A DNA stretch of 64,000 bases from Macrostomum lignano (Eukaryota). Location of the stretch: contig NIVC01003324.1 of the NCBI GenBank assembly GCA_002269645.1, positions 40,137-104,136 of the forward strand, written 5' to 3'. Below are positions 1 through 11,726 of this stretch, in pieces. Numbering within the stretch: position 1 is the first letter of the stretch; each line of letters opens with the position of its first letter. Both the position numbers and the translations under genes were made by a program. The notes under the pieces were generated by a model. The model ran no database searches, was not told where the DNA came from, and worked only from the letters and a program-made list of their open reading frames with translations.

Positions 1-50
1 TAAGGGAGTATGGCTAATGGGCCCACAACTTATTTTCTGCATGTTTTACA

Positions 51-2627
51 ATGCTGAGATGCCCACTACAGCTGGTCAGACTCAGGCTGCCAGTCAGGCA
101 GTTATCAGATCTGACTACTAAGTTCACAGGTCTTGGCAGTTTCAGCAACCTAAACTATGACCAACTGCAATCTAGCCTGCGCACTGATTCATCTCAGTGT
201 GAGCAGTTCTGGAAGCTTATTGGAGAACAGCAACTGAATTGGATGCAGCCATTTCATACTGTCTCAGATTGCGACTTGAAATCTGCTAAGATTGCTTGGT
301 ATCTTGGTGGCAAACTCAATGCTAGTGGTGAGTAGGGGAGTTCATGTTAAAAACGATACCGTGACAAAAATCGTTAAGAGTCACTTACTAGAGACTCGGG
401 CAGGGGTAGGCAAACTTTGTTACCTTAAGGGCCAGATAGAGAACCTAGCGCATGACTGCGGGCCAGAGGAGGGGAGAAAGAGGGGAGGGAATAGACAAAA
501 GAGATTGAATAAAGGAGAAGAGAGGAGATGAGAGTAGAGGAGTGATGATATAGAAGAAGGGAGAGAAGATGAGAGGAGGGAGACGAGATATGAGAAAGGA
601 GAGAGAGAAGTGAATATGAGAGATAAGAGAAAAGAGAAGAAAATGAGATTAGAGAGAAAAGAGCTGAGAAGAGACACAAATCTTAAGCGGGCTGGATTGC
701 AATCATGAATTTTCAAAGGACCAAGGGCCTGACTAATACATGTAGAGAGGCTTTGAGGGTCACAGATGGCCCGCGGGCCGGAGGTTGCCTACCCCTGCTC
801 TAGGGCTACTCTTGTGACTTTTTAATGACTCAAAGCGCGTCACGTGAGCTCAAAAAGTGCCGTCCAAAAATCGTTGTGTCAGGCGTTTAACTTTCGCTAG
901 ATAGAGATATGACTCTACAGCAACTCTAGCATGCCTCAGATTCAACTCTACTTGTCCCAAAGTTGTTAGCCCATCGCATCAGTCAGTAACTTGTGTGGCC
1001 TCAGAGAGTTGCAGAAAATAAAATGCTTCAAAGTGACTCTTTGGGGACTCTTTGGGCAACTTTTACCATCACATCACATTGTTCTAAGCTCACTTCTTTT
1101 CTATTTTATTTGTGTTACCTGCAAAAAATTCTTAGCCTAAGTACTGAACTTTCATTGGAGTAACCAGAATTTTCCCATATCTATGTCTGTACCAATATCT
1201 AAATTTTCTCATACCCATATCTGTACCCATAGCTAATTAATTTCCCATAACTTCCCATAATATGGCGATAAAGTAAGTAAAGAATATCATAAATAGTTTA
1301 ACCTATCACTTATTAATAGGCATTTATCTTAACCTTTCGCCCCACCACCCTAACCACACGAGGTGCATGTGGCATCAGAAATATCTGTTGCTTTGAGTCC
1401 CTGACCCCAGGGAATTAAGAGTTCCCCTCAAAAATGCTTTGAATCTGGTAAAGATCTTTTTTTTTCTATCCCATCTACCTTACTTGCTACCTTCCTTGAC
1501 TAGCATTGAAGTCAAGGGCTCCAGTGGTGCTTTGAGTGTTTTGTCTCAGTTATTGAGTGGCTAGATATGGAAAATATGTGTTCCCATAACCATATTAATG
1601 ACTTCCTATAGCTGTATCCGTACGTACGGTGAAATTCTAGTATATCTTTATCAGCATTAGCCAAAATCATAAAACTGGGTCCGTGCATCTTCATGACTGT
1701 GCATTGCACTCTCGATTTCACAGCCAACTGCATCGATAGGCATCTTGCTACACGGGCTGATCAGACTGCATTGATCTGGGAGCAAGATGAGCCCGGGAAT
1801 CAGGTTTATATCACCTATAAGTGAGTCTCATTTGTTTGCATTATTGATGTAGCCTTGTAATTTATCTGAATGTGTTATGTTTCACTGAATCTATCAATAC
1901 ATTGACAGGTTCCACTTCGATATGGTAAGATATATTCAATAGTGTAGATAGGTAGAGACTTAATTTCTAATTTCTGTTAGTCAGTTGTTAGGATAACTAT
2001 ATGTACATAAAATTGATGGATCTTTGCTTATAAAAGATATTTATTATTTGCATAAATTTAATGCTTTAATAGAGCCAAGTAAGTCTAAATGTAGTCTAAC
2101 TTCTGACTGACTGACTGACTGACTGACTGACTGACTGACTGACTGACTGACTGACTGACTGACTGACTGACTGACTGACTAAATCTACCACTTGACATTT
2201 GCAGGCAGCTGCACGCGGAAGTTTGCCGCATTGCCAGCTTGCTGCTGCAGTCTGGCCTGCAAGCCGGCGACACCGCGGTGCTGTACATGCCGACTGGGCC
2301 GCCAGTTGTGTACTGCATGCTGGCCTGCGCCAGGATCGGCGTGGCCCATTCCGTTGTGTTTGCCGGGTTCAGTGCCGAGGCTTTGGCCGCTAGAATTCAA
2401 GATGGTGAGATTTAGTTAACGACTAATTATTGGATCATTAAATTAAAGCCTTGGGTCTTAAAGTGTTTGATAAGATTGAGAACTTGCTCAAGTTATACGA
2501 AGTTAATATGGGACATCTGGTATCCAAGATAGCTGCAATACTACTACTACTACTGCTACTGCTACTACTACTGCTACTACTACTACTAATACTACTACTA
2601 CTGCTACTACTACTACTACTACTACTG

Positions 2628-2672
<45 letters not shown>

Positions 2673-5600
2673 GTGCAACCGACTAAACAGCTCAGCCGCA
2701 GCTATTGCGCGGCGCATCTGAAGGCTGCGTACGGCTGTTCAGTCCATGGACTGAGGGGGGATCGCCACACACATCCTCAATTACTCCAGCTAATGCTGGC
2801 ACCCATTTTACAGCTGGATGAACTGAAGCAATGCAGCGTTAAGTGTCTTGCTCTAGGAAACAAATTTTGATCCAAGTGGGTCGAGAAATCGAACCCCCGA
2901 CCTTACAGTCGTGAGTCCTACACTCTAACCACTAGGCTTACAACCCCTTGTAGCATTGTAGCATACGCAAAGAACGAAGTTACAAGCATTGTGTGGCTGT
3001 ATTTAAAAATATGCTTATACTGTTAAACAACCAACCATTTTTTATCACGAAAGCTAATTTGTATCCATCAATCACTCAACAGTGGGCGCCAAGGTTGTCA
3101 TAACAACAGACCAAGCTATCAGAGGCGGCAAGACTGTGGAATTGAAACGCACAGTTGATGCAGCTGTCAAGTCTTGTCCAATGGTAGAACGCGTGTTTGT
3201 AAGCACCAGGACTGGCGCCAGCGTACCTATGGGCAGCATTGACGTGCCATTGGAGAAGGTAATTTGTAGTATTGTAATTGCTTGGACCCCGCCCCTATGA
3301 TTGTTCGAAGGGTCAGTGTCCCGGAAATTATCTCCTTTATTCTCAATTATCTGCCCCTAGAATGTGACCCCCTTAATTACTGACCCCGTCTAGAATGTGA
3401 CCCTCATTAATTACTGACCCCCTCTAGGATGTGACCCTCATTAATTACTGGCCCCCCTCTAGAATGTGACCCCCTTAATTACTGGCCTCCCTCTAGAATG
3501 TGACCCCCTTAATTACTGGCCTCCCTCTAGAATGTTACCCCCTTAATTACTGGCCTCGCTCTAGAATGGGACCCCCTTAATTACTGGCCTCCCTCTAGAA
3601 TGTGACCCCCTTAATTACTGGCCTCCCTCTAGAATGTGACCCCCTTAATTACTGGCCTCCCTCTAGAATGTTACCCCCTTAATTACTGGCCTCGCTCTAG
3701 AATGGGACCCCCTTAATTACTGGCCTCCCTCTAGAATGTGACCCCCTTAATTACTGGCCTCCCTCTAGAATGTTACCCCCTTAATTACTGGCCTCGCTCT
3801 AGAATGGGACCCCCTTAATTACTGACCCCTGGAAAGTGACCCCGACTTTTTTCCTACCCCCCCCTCTACAATGTGACCCCTAGAATGTGACTTCCCCCTG
3901 AATTACTGACCCATTTAGAATGTGACCCCCAGTAATTACTGACCCCCACTAGAATGTAACTTCATTAACTACAGACCACTTTAGAGTGTGATCCCCTTAA
4001 TTACATGTATTCATCTGGAATGTGGCCCCCATTAAGCACTGACCCCCTCTAGAAAGTGACCCCCATTTATTTCTTACCCCTTATAGAATGTGACCCCCCT
4101 TATTGCGGACCCACTGGAAAGTGACCCCCATTAATTACTCCCCCCCCTTCAGAACGCGGCCGCCTGCTCAGCCGACTGTGCCGCAGAGCCGATGGACAGC
4201 GAGCAGCCGCTATTCGTGCTGTACACATCCGGTTCAACTGGCAAGCCGAAAGGCCTGGTGCACAGCACCGCAGGCTATCTGGTGTACACCAGCCTTACGC
4301 ATCAGCACGTGTTCGACTATCGGCCCGGCCAGGACATCTTCGGCTGCGTCGCCGACGTCGGCTGGATCACCGGGCACAGCTATGTGGTGTACGGGCCCTT
4401 GGCTAACGGCGGCACAACTCTGCTGTTTGAGAGCACGCCAGCCTATCCGGATGTTGGACGCTACTGGGAGACTGCCGAACGGCTGGGCCTGACGCATATT
4501 TATTTGTCGCCTACGTCATTGAGAATGCTGCTGAGATATAGCACTGATTTTGTTACTAAGTAAGTTGATATTTGATGCTTGACCCCTAAATTTTAACTCT
4601 TACTGAACTAATTAGATGGCGAAGCATTTTTGTAGTTAAAGAAAGTCATAGTTACTTCCACCGTTTACTTAAAAATTATTTGCGGTTACATTTTCAGTGT
4701 GTATTTTTCGTTCACGCTGGATTGTCTCAGGTGTGAAACACAATTAAAGTGTGTCCCGCGTGTGACATCACAATTAAAGTGTGTCTCAGGTGTGACATCA
4801 CACAATTAAAGTGTGTCTCGGGTGTGACATCACACAGTTAAAGTGTGTCTCAGGTGTGACATCACACAGTTAAAGTGTGTCTCAGGTGTGACATCACACA
4901 ATTAAAGTGTGTCTCAGGTGTGACATCACACAATTAAAGTGTGTCTCGGGTGTGACATCACACAATTAAAGAGTGTCTCAGGTCAGGTGTGACATCACAC
5001 AATTAAAGAGTGTCTCAGGTGTGACATCACACAATTAAAGAGTGTCTCAGGTGTGACCCAACAGAACAGGAGGTTCGACTCTGTGCGATTCAAAGCTACG
5101 AGGGCCAGCCCTCAAGGCACAGATGAGTGTACATGCTTGCCCATTTAGAAAGTCAGGACCGCTGTACACCCTGTGTGAGCATGTGTGTGAGTGCGTCAGG
5201 GGTGGTTGTTGGAACAGTCGGAACTGTTAATAGTCGAAATCTCTGTAGCCATATGAAGTCCCCTTATCAGCTGTTAGAAACCAAGTTAAGCATTGCTCTC
5301 GGCCAATTCAAACCGAAGGTACGATCTGAGTCGCCTGCGCGTTCTCGGCTGTGTCGGGGAGCCGCTCAACCACGAGGCCTGGGAATGGTATCACAGGTGG
5401 GTTGGCGGCGGCCACCGCGACATCGCCGACACCTGGTGGCAGACCGAGACTGGCGGCGTGTGCATCGCCCCGCGGCCCTCGGCTGAAGGCGCGCCGATCC
5501 TCCCAGCTATGCCAATGCGCCCGTTCTATGGCCTGGAGCCCGTGCTCATGGACCCCGCCACAGGTGCCGAGGTGACAGAGTCACCAGCCGAGGGACATCT

Positions 5601-6890
5601 GTGCATGCGACGGCCCTGGCCCGGCATGGCCCGCTCCATCTGGGGTGATCATAAGTGAGAGTTCAGCTTGTACTTTGGGATATCTTTAAATATCCCAATG
5701 TCAGATTCTTCCCTAAATCCCGATCAGAATCCTGAATCCTCAAATATCCCAGTATCAGATTCTTCCCTAAATCCCGATCAGAATCCTGAATCCTCAAATA
5801 TCCCAGTATCAGATTCTTCCCTAAATCCCCAAATATCCCAGTGTCAGACTACTCCCTAAATCGCGATCCCCAAATATCCCATTGTTAGACTATTCTCCAA
5901 GTCCCCAAATATCCCAGTGTCAGACTATTCCCTAAACCCACAAATATCCCAGTATCAGATTCTTCCCTAAATCCCCAAGTATCCCATTGTTAGACTATTC
6001 TCCAAGTCCCCAAATATCCCATTGTTAGACTATTCTCCAAGTCCCCAAATATCCCATTGTTAGACTATTCTCCAAGTCCCCAAATATCCCATTGTTAGAC
6101 TATTCTCCAAGTCCCCAAATATCCCAGTGTCAGACTATTCCCTAAACCCACAAATATCCCAGTATCAGATTCTTCCCTAAATTCCCAAAAAGATTCTTCC
6201 CCAAATCCCCAAATATCCCAGTGTCCTATTATTCCTTAAATTCTCAAATATCCCAGTGTCAGATTCTTCCCCAAATCCCCAAATATGCCTGTATGAAATT
6301 CTTCCCTCAATCTCCAAATATCCCAGTGTCAGACTATTCCTGAACTGCCAGCTCCCCGCACTTGCCACAGGCGATTCGCCGAGACCTACTACAGTCAATT
6401 CCCTGGCCTGTACTTCACCGGTGACGGCGCCAGCAGAGACGCGCAGGGCTTCCTGCACATCACCGGCCGAGTCGATGACGTCATCAACGTGACCGGACAC
6501 CGGCTGGGCACGGCTGAAATCGAGGACGCCCTGGACAGCCACCCGGCTGTGAGCGAGACCGCCGTGATCGGCTACCCCCACAAGCTCAAAGGCGAGGCTG
6601 TGTACGCCTTCGTCATCCTGAAAGACGGCGTCTCAATTGACCGTCTGGGCGACCTTCGGCGCGAGCTGAAGCGTCGAGTCCGGGACCGCATCGCGGCCTA
6701 CGCCGTGCCTGAGAAGCTGCTGTTCACCGACGGTCTGCCGAAAACACGGAGCGGCAAAATTATGCGCCGCATATTGAAACGAATCGCTGCTGAAGACTAT
6801 GACAGCATCGGGGACATCAGCACCTTGGCTGATCCGTCCGTGGTGGAGGCTCTGAAACAGCATCACGATTTGTACCAGCGGCACAAATGA
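51..6890 (+). CDS. ACSS1: Acetyl-CoA synthetase, ACSS1-like (probably mitochondrial); 7 exons: 51-327, 1724-1820, 2205-2404, 3083-3258, 4153-4559, 5319-5654, 6371-6890 (670 aa)
   Basis: Exons join in frame at GT-AG sites (2013 nt). Motifs: [17 protein letters not shown] (AMP-binding), [41 protein letters not shown]. The N-terminus [19 protein letters not shown] is Arg/Leu-rich and presequence-like; the ACSS1 vs ACSS2 choice rests on this. Confidence 0.92.
401..797 (+). mobile_element. Non-autonomous hAT-type MITE in ACSS intron 1 with GA-rich interior
   Basis: TIRs CAGGGGTAGGCAA (401) and TTGCCTACCCCTG (ends 797), GGCCCGCGGGCCG subterminal motif, degenerate flanks (gactcggg / ctctaggg). Homologous to 62939-63893. 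Confidence 0.75.
2102..2180. repeat. (GACT)n microsatellite
   Basis: About 20 perfect GACT units just upstream of the ACSS exon 3 acceptor. Confidence 0.95.
2539..2947 (-). mobile_element. tRNA-headed CORE-type SINE with (TAG)n tail
   Basis: The reverse complement has A/B-box-like motifs (TAGTGG...GGTTCGATT), a CORE-like CCTAGAGCAAGACACTTAAC...CAGCTGTAAAATGGG block and a 3' (TAG)n tail. A second copy lies at 18060-18336. Confidence 0.75.
3357..4140. repeat. 34-bp minisatellite (AGAATGTGACCCCCTTAATTACTGGCCTCCCTCT) in ACSS intron 4
   Basis: Tandem units are directly visible and degrade toward both edges. Confidence 0.93.
4722..5058. repeat. 32-bp minisatellite (CAGGTGTGACATCACACAATTAAAGTGTGTCT) in ACSS intron 5
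   Basis: About 10 tandem units. Confidence 0.93.
5688..6345. repeat. About 33-34-bp minisatellite (CCCCAAATATCCCA(G/T)TGT(C/T)AGACTATTCTCCAAGT) in ACSS intron 6
   Basis: Tandem variant units. Confidence 0.9.
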
Positions 6891-6950
6891 ATTCAAGTTT
6901 CAATTTAGTGCGATAAAAAACTATAATTTAATAATTGCCTATCTGCAGCA

Positions 6951-7351
6951 CGGATACTAGAATAACTAGATGGGCCACTCAGCACATTTGCGTGTAAGCT
7001 ACTTTCAGTTCAGTAGTAATTTAAACTGAAGCATTTTAATGTATTTTTTTAAGACGAGGCTCATTTTATTGGCTCTTACCCCTGCCCCGCCACCCAATTT
7101 TTATTACCTTCCTCGGTTGTTCCAGCCTAAAGCTTCCTTCCATGTACATTTCAGTGGCCAATGTACAATTATGGCTGAACCAATTAGCCAGTTATTTACG
7201 CCTGCAAGCTTGGGGCTTCTAAACTTATCAAAGTAATTTCAGCTGCCTTTATTTTTAAAAAATTTTTCTTCTTTGCTACTGAACTGAAAGTAGAAAGCTG
7301 TTTTACTAAGTACATGTGCATGAGTGGCCCATCTGGTTATTATCGTATCTG
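6951..7351. mobile_element. MITE with imperfect TIRs of about 70 bp, possibly Tc1/mariner-type (TA flank)
   Basis: Left GATACTAGAATAACTAGATGGGCCACTCA...CTACTTTCAGTTCAGTAG is inverted at right as CTACTGAACTGAAAGTAG...TGAGTGGCCCATCTGGTTATTATCGTATCTG|TA. Confidence 0.6.
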
Positions 7352-7970
7352 TAGTCTCGCATCATTGTATATATTATAGATGATTACTAATGCGCTGTTT
7401 TATCCGCATTGAAAATGCCTGATTCTTTTTTTATTAATTTTTAGAGTTTTGAGTTTTTAACTTTTATCTAAACCTTTATATTGTGATTCGAAACCATATT
7501 TTTTTCTAAAAACATTTTCCGCGCGCAATACTGGCTACTAATAGTAGGTCAAATATTGCCCATGATTGATTTTTTAATAATATTATGTGCCTGAGTTTGT
7601 TAAATCTGACTCTTGAGTCTTCATTATCGATTTGTTTATTCAGGTAGCCGAAATGAGGATTATTGTTATTATTTTTACATCATTTTTTATTCATTAGCCA
7701 ATTGATTCATGTGGTAGGCTTGCCTGCTGATTTCATTTTTTCTTGTATATTTTTAAGTACTATTTTTCCGGCTTGCCAGTCTAACAATAAGCCTATTGTG
7801 TCATCGAAATTGTTTCATAGTTGTGAGCATATTTTATAAATCATATTCTGTTAAATCATATTGTATTGGCTAGCAGCCGTATTTTTATTCGATATACAAG
7901 TTCTATATATAGTCAGGTATATTCTCTATATTAGAAATTACTTTTTTGACTTGCTGCTTCAATTGTACAG

Positions 7971-8432
7971 GGTGTCTCAGTCTCAGGTGTGACCGAGCAT
8001 AGCATATGGGTGTCTCAGGTGTGACCGAGCATAGCATATGGGTGTCTCAGGTGTGACCGAGCATAGCATATGGGTGTCTCAGGTGTGACCGAGCATAGCA
8101 TATGGGTGTCTCAGGTGTGACCGAGCATAGCATATGGGTGTCTCAGGTGTGACCGAGCATAGCATATGGGTGTCTCAGGTGTGACCGAGCATAGCATATG
8201 AGTGTCTCAGCTGTGACCCTGCGTAACATATGGGTGTCTCAGGCGTGACCCAGCATAGTATATGGATGTCTCAGGTGTGACCCAGCATAGCATATGGGTG
8301 TCTCAGGTGTGACCCAGCATAGCATATGGGTGTCTCAGGTGTGACCCAGCATAGCATATGGGTGTCTCAGGCGTGACCCAGCATAGCATAAGCGTCTCAA
8401 GTGTGACCCAGCATAGCTTATGAGTGTCTCAA
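7971..8432. repeat. 32-bp minisatellite (CAGGTGTGACCGAGCATAGCATATGGGTGTCT)
   Basis: About 14 tandem units, sharing a 16-bp core with the 4722-5058 array. Confidence 0.93.
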
Positions 8433-8443
8433 GTGACTCAGTC

Positions 8444-11247
8444 ATGCAATTCGGAACATTCCAGTTCTCATCATCAGGAGCTTCAGCGGGAGCGGCAGCC
8501 GCTGTCTCGGACCTGCTGTCCAGACGCATCCGGGAACTACAAGCTGGCGTGGTCAGCCTGTGCAATCAGACAGTGCAATTGTTAAGCCAAGACTTGACCG
8601 GCCTTGCCCAGCAGATTGACGGTTTGACAGATGAAAATCGGCGCTTAAAATTCGCGTTGGAGAGCCAGTCTGGCGCCAATGTGCCGCAGCCTCCGCCTCC
8701 GCCGTCTTTGTTGGCAACTAAAAAATGGTCCAGCGAAGTCCTGCCCCCGTCCGTCAAGGTGTCCCCCGCCAAGCAGAGACTGTCTGACTCACCCAGGAAG
8801 ACGGCATCGAATAGCAATAAGAGAAAGCTGACTCTGGTTCTCGACCAGCAACAGTCTCCCAATAAGTAAGTGGTGCGCGCATTCAGTACCTTTCATTTGG
8901 AGTTGTCTGAAATAGTGTATTTTTTAGTCTGCACTGTCTGCAGACGGGAGAGGGTGTGAGGCCATAGACGAGAGGGTGTGAGGCCATAGACAGGAGAGGG
9001 TGTGAGGCCATAGACAGGAGAGGGTGTGAGGCCATAGACAGAAGAGGGTTCTGAGGCCATAGACAGGAGAGGGTTTTGAGACCATAGAAGAGGGTGTGAA
9101 GCCATAAACAGGATAGGATTCTTAGACCATTGACAGAAGAGGGTGTGAGGCCATAGACATAGTGGGGCGTGAGGCCATAGATATAGTGGGGCGTGAGGCC
9201 ATTGACAGAAGAGGGTGTGAGGCCATATACAGAAGAGGGTGTGAGGCCATAGACAGAAGAGGGTGTGAGGCCATAGACAGAAGAGGGTGTGAGGCCATAT
9301 ACAGAAGAGGGTGTGAGGCCATAGACAGAAGAGGGTGTGAGGCCATAGACAGAAGAGGGTGTGAGGCCATAGACAGAAGAGGGTGTGAGGCCATAGACAT
9401 AGTGGGGCGTGAGGCCATAGACATAGTGGGGCGTGAGGCCATAGACATAGTGGGGCGTGAGGCCATAGACATAGTGGGGCGTGAGGCCATAGACATAGTG
9501 GGGCGTGAGGCCATAGACATAGTGGGGTGTGAGGCCATAGACATAGTGGGGTGTGAGGCCATAGACATAGTGGGGTGTGAGGCCATAGACATAGTGGGGT
9601 GTGAGGCCATAGACATAGTGGGGTGTGAGGCTATAGACAGGTGAGGTTGTGAGTCCATAAGACAGGAGAGGACAATACTGACACCTAAATTTTGTATCCA
9701 GGCTCCTAACCGGGTCACGAGCGCCGCATCAGCACAATAACCCATCGGACACCAGCAACCTGAGCTCCAAGCGCTACCGTCAGACCACCCTACTGCAGAC
9801 TGACGCTAAGTGCAAAATTAATCTATCAACTATTGGTGCAAATTCAACAGCTGCATGTGTTACTAGCACTAAAAATACTACTACTGCTACTACTAGCTGC
9901 AGCAGTAGTATAGTAAAGAAGCCGGCTGCAGTACCAGCAGACAACTGGCTCCTGCCGGACAGTCAGTTCAGTACAAATGAGAGCGTCTCCCTGTTGCGAG
10001 CCGCCGGCCTCGGAGCTCCAGCTGCCGCTTCAACAGCCGCTCCAGTCAGCTCTGAACAGCTGCAATGCGATACTGAAGAAGGAGAAGAGACAGTTATACC
10101 ACTGCGCAAGCCCTTGGACCTGGAGAATAATTTTTTGACTGTAAGTCGACTTTTGTTTAACTAGCAACCCGTACTAACCGTGGCCAAATCCTGCTTAACT
10201 TTCAGTAGCTAATGGTATATGTTGTAGGTCTCTTGAAAAGGTACGCCGGTTCGATTCCCTATACTGAGGGTGTGCTCACACAGTAAAACTGGCCAATGCC
10301 TTGCTGTACATGCCTGACTCATGCCTGACTCATGTACTACTATGTATCGTAGTACATGTAATAGCAGCCGATATGTATCGTAGTACATGTAATAGCAGCC
10401 GATATGTATCGTAGTACATGTAATTGCAGCCGATATGTACCGTAGTACTTGTAATAGTGCCCGATATGTATCGTAGTACGTGTAATAGTGCCCGATATGT
10501 ATCGTAGTCCATGTAATAGCAGCTGATATGTATCGTAGTCCATGTAATAGCAGCTGATATGTATCGTAGTTCATGTAATAGCAGCCGATATGTATGGTAG
10601 TACGTGTAATAAAAATAATGAGAATACACAATCCCACCTGTTTATCATCGGTCCCACCCTACCACCGCCCCATATAGACGCGGCCAGAACCAGCCGCAGC
10701 CGCTGTCGCCCTGGAGCCTGACAATTCGGTGGACGACGAAGGCAGCGAGACTTTAAAAATTGCCCGGCCCGCTCCTTCGGCAGCGGCAGCGAAGGAAGAA
10801 GACAATGCCAGGGAGACTGAAGAGTCCCCGGTGTTCAATCGCAGCGACCATCTGCTGCACGGCACCACCCCGACGCCGCCTCCGCCTGCTCAGCATCGAA
10901 AGTACACCCTGGCCGATTATAACAAACTGCCGGAGCCGCCAAAGCCCAGCTATCGAGAGGCCTGCGTTGTTCGGCGTCGCGACGATCGAATGGCATTGGA
11001 CGCGCACTGCTGCCCAGACTGCGAGGCCTGGTTCGCCGACCTGTCGCCGGAGTCTCGCCGTCAGCGCCTGCGCCAATGCGGCCGGCATCGCGACAATCAG
11101 CGGCCGCCAGTTCAGGCGCCAAATTTTTTTGCGATAGAAATGCCGCCAACCCCGGAGCCGGCGCCGACGCAGTGCATGAAGTTTGGCAAACGGCGGCACC
11201 GCCCGCTGAGGATGCTTGCGAAAGAGCACAAAGAGAAGCGGAAATAA
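8444..11247 (+). CDS. RBBP8: CtIP/RBBP8 (Sae2/Ctp1 family) DNA end-resection protein; exons 8444-8865, 9702-10140, 10678-11247 (about 476 aa; start codon uncertain)
   Basis: In-frame GT-AG splicing and an N-terminal coiled coil. The C-terminal SAE2 domain VVRRRDDRMALDAHCCPDCEAWF...CGRHR...PNFF matches the CtIP pattern VRKK.ER..L....CxxC...CSRHR...ENFW. Confidence 0.85.
8945..9640. repeat. 24-bp minisatellite (GGGTGTGAGGCCATAGACAGAAGA / ...CATAGTGG variant) in CtIP intron
   Basis: Tandem units in two variant blocks. Confidence 0.93.
10333..10610. repeat. 31-bp minisatellite (GCCGATATGTATCGTAGTACATGTAATAGCA) in CtIP intron
   Basis: About 9 tandem units. Confidence 0.92.
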
Positions 11248-11726
11248 CCCCCCAGCCAAGACTTTCTTTTATTTTTCCGATAGCAAAACTCGCTACTTGT
11301 CTACTGTCAGTAGCTCAGTACGCATTTTTATTTTAAAAAATCATTTTTACTTTTCTTTCTAATCTTTGCGCTAAAATTCTTATCTCACCTACTATCAGTA
11401 GTTGAGTTTGGAAAGCGTTGATTTGAATTCAATTCTTTGGCTTGCATTTTCCCTATTTTGTATATGCTGCTCTGGTGCTAACACGAGCGAATTAGCTCTC
11501 AGTCAGCCATGGCATCTGTGCATTAATACTTTAAATTAATATAATTAGAAAGGTAAAAGCTAAATTTTCCAATTTTTATCATATTTATTGGCTTAAAACA
11601 GTGCATATTCACCGTGTTACCTTACGATATGACTTCTTTACTTTTAATGATCAGCAATAATAGCAGCTGAAATTATAATTCAGATGAGGGATGCCATTAT
11701 GCAATTGTCAGATTTGACTTGTCAGA

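Noticed and set aside
2451-2870. 139-aa poly-Leu ORF
   Set aside because: It is the (CTA)n SINE tail plus SINE body inside ACSS intron 3.
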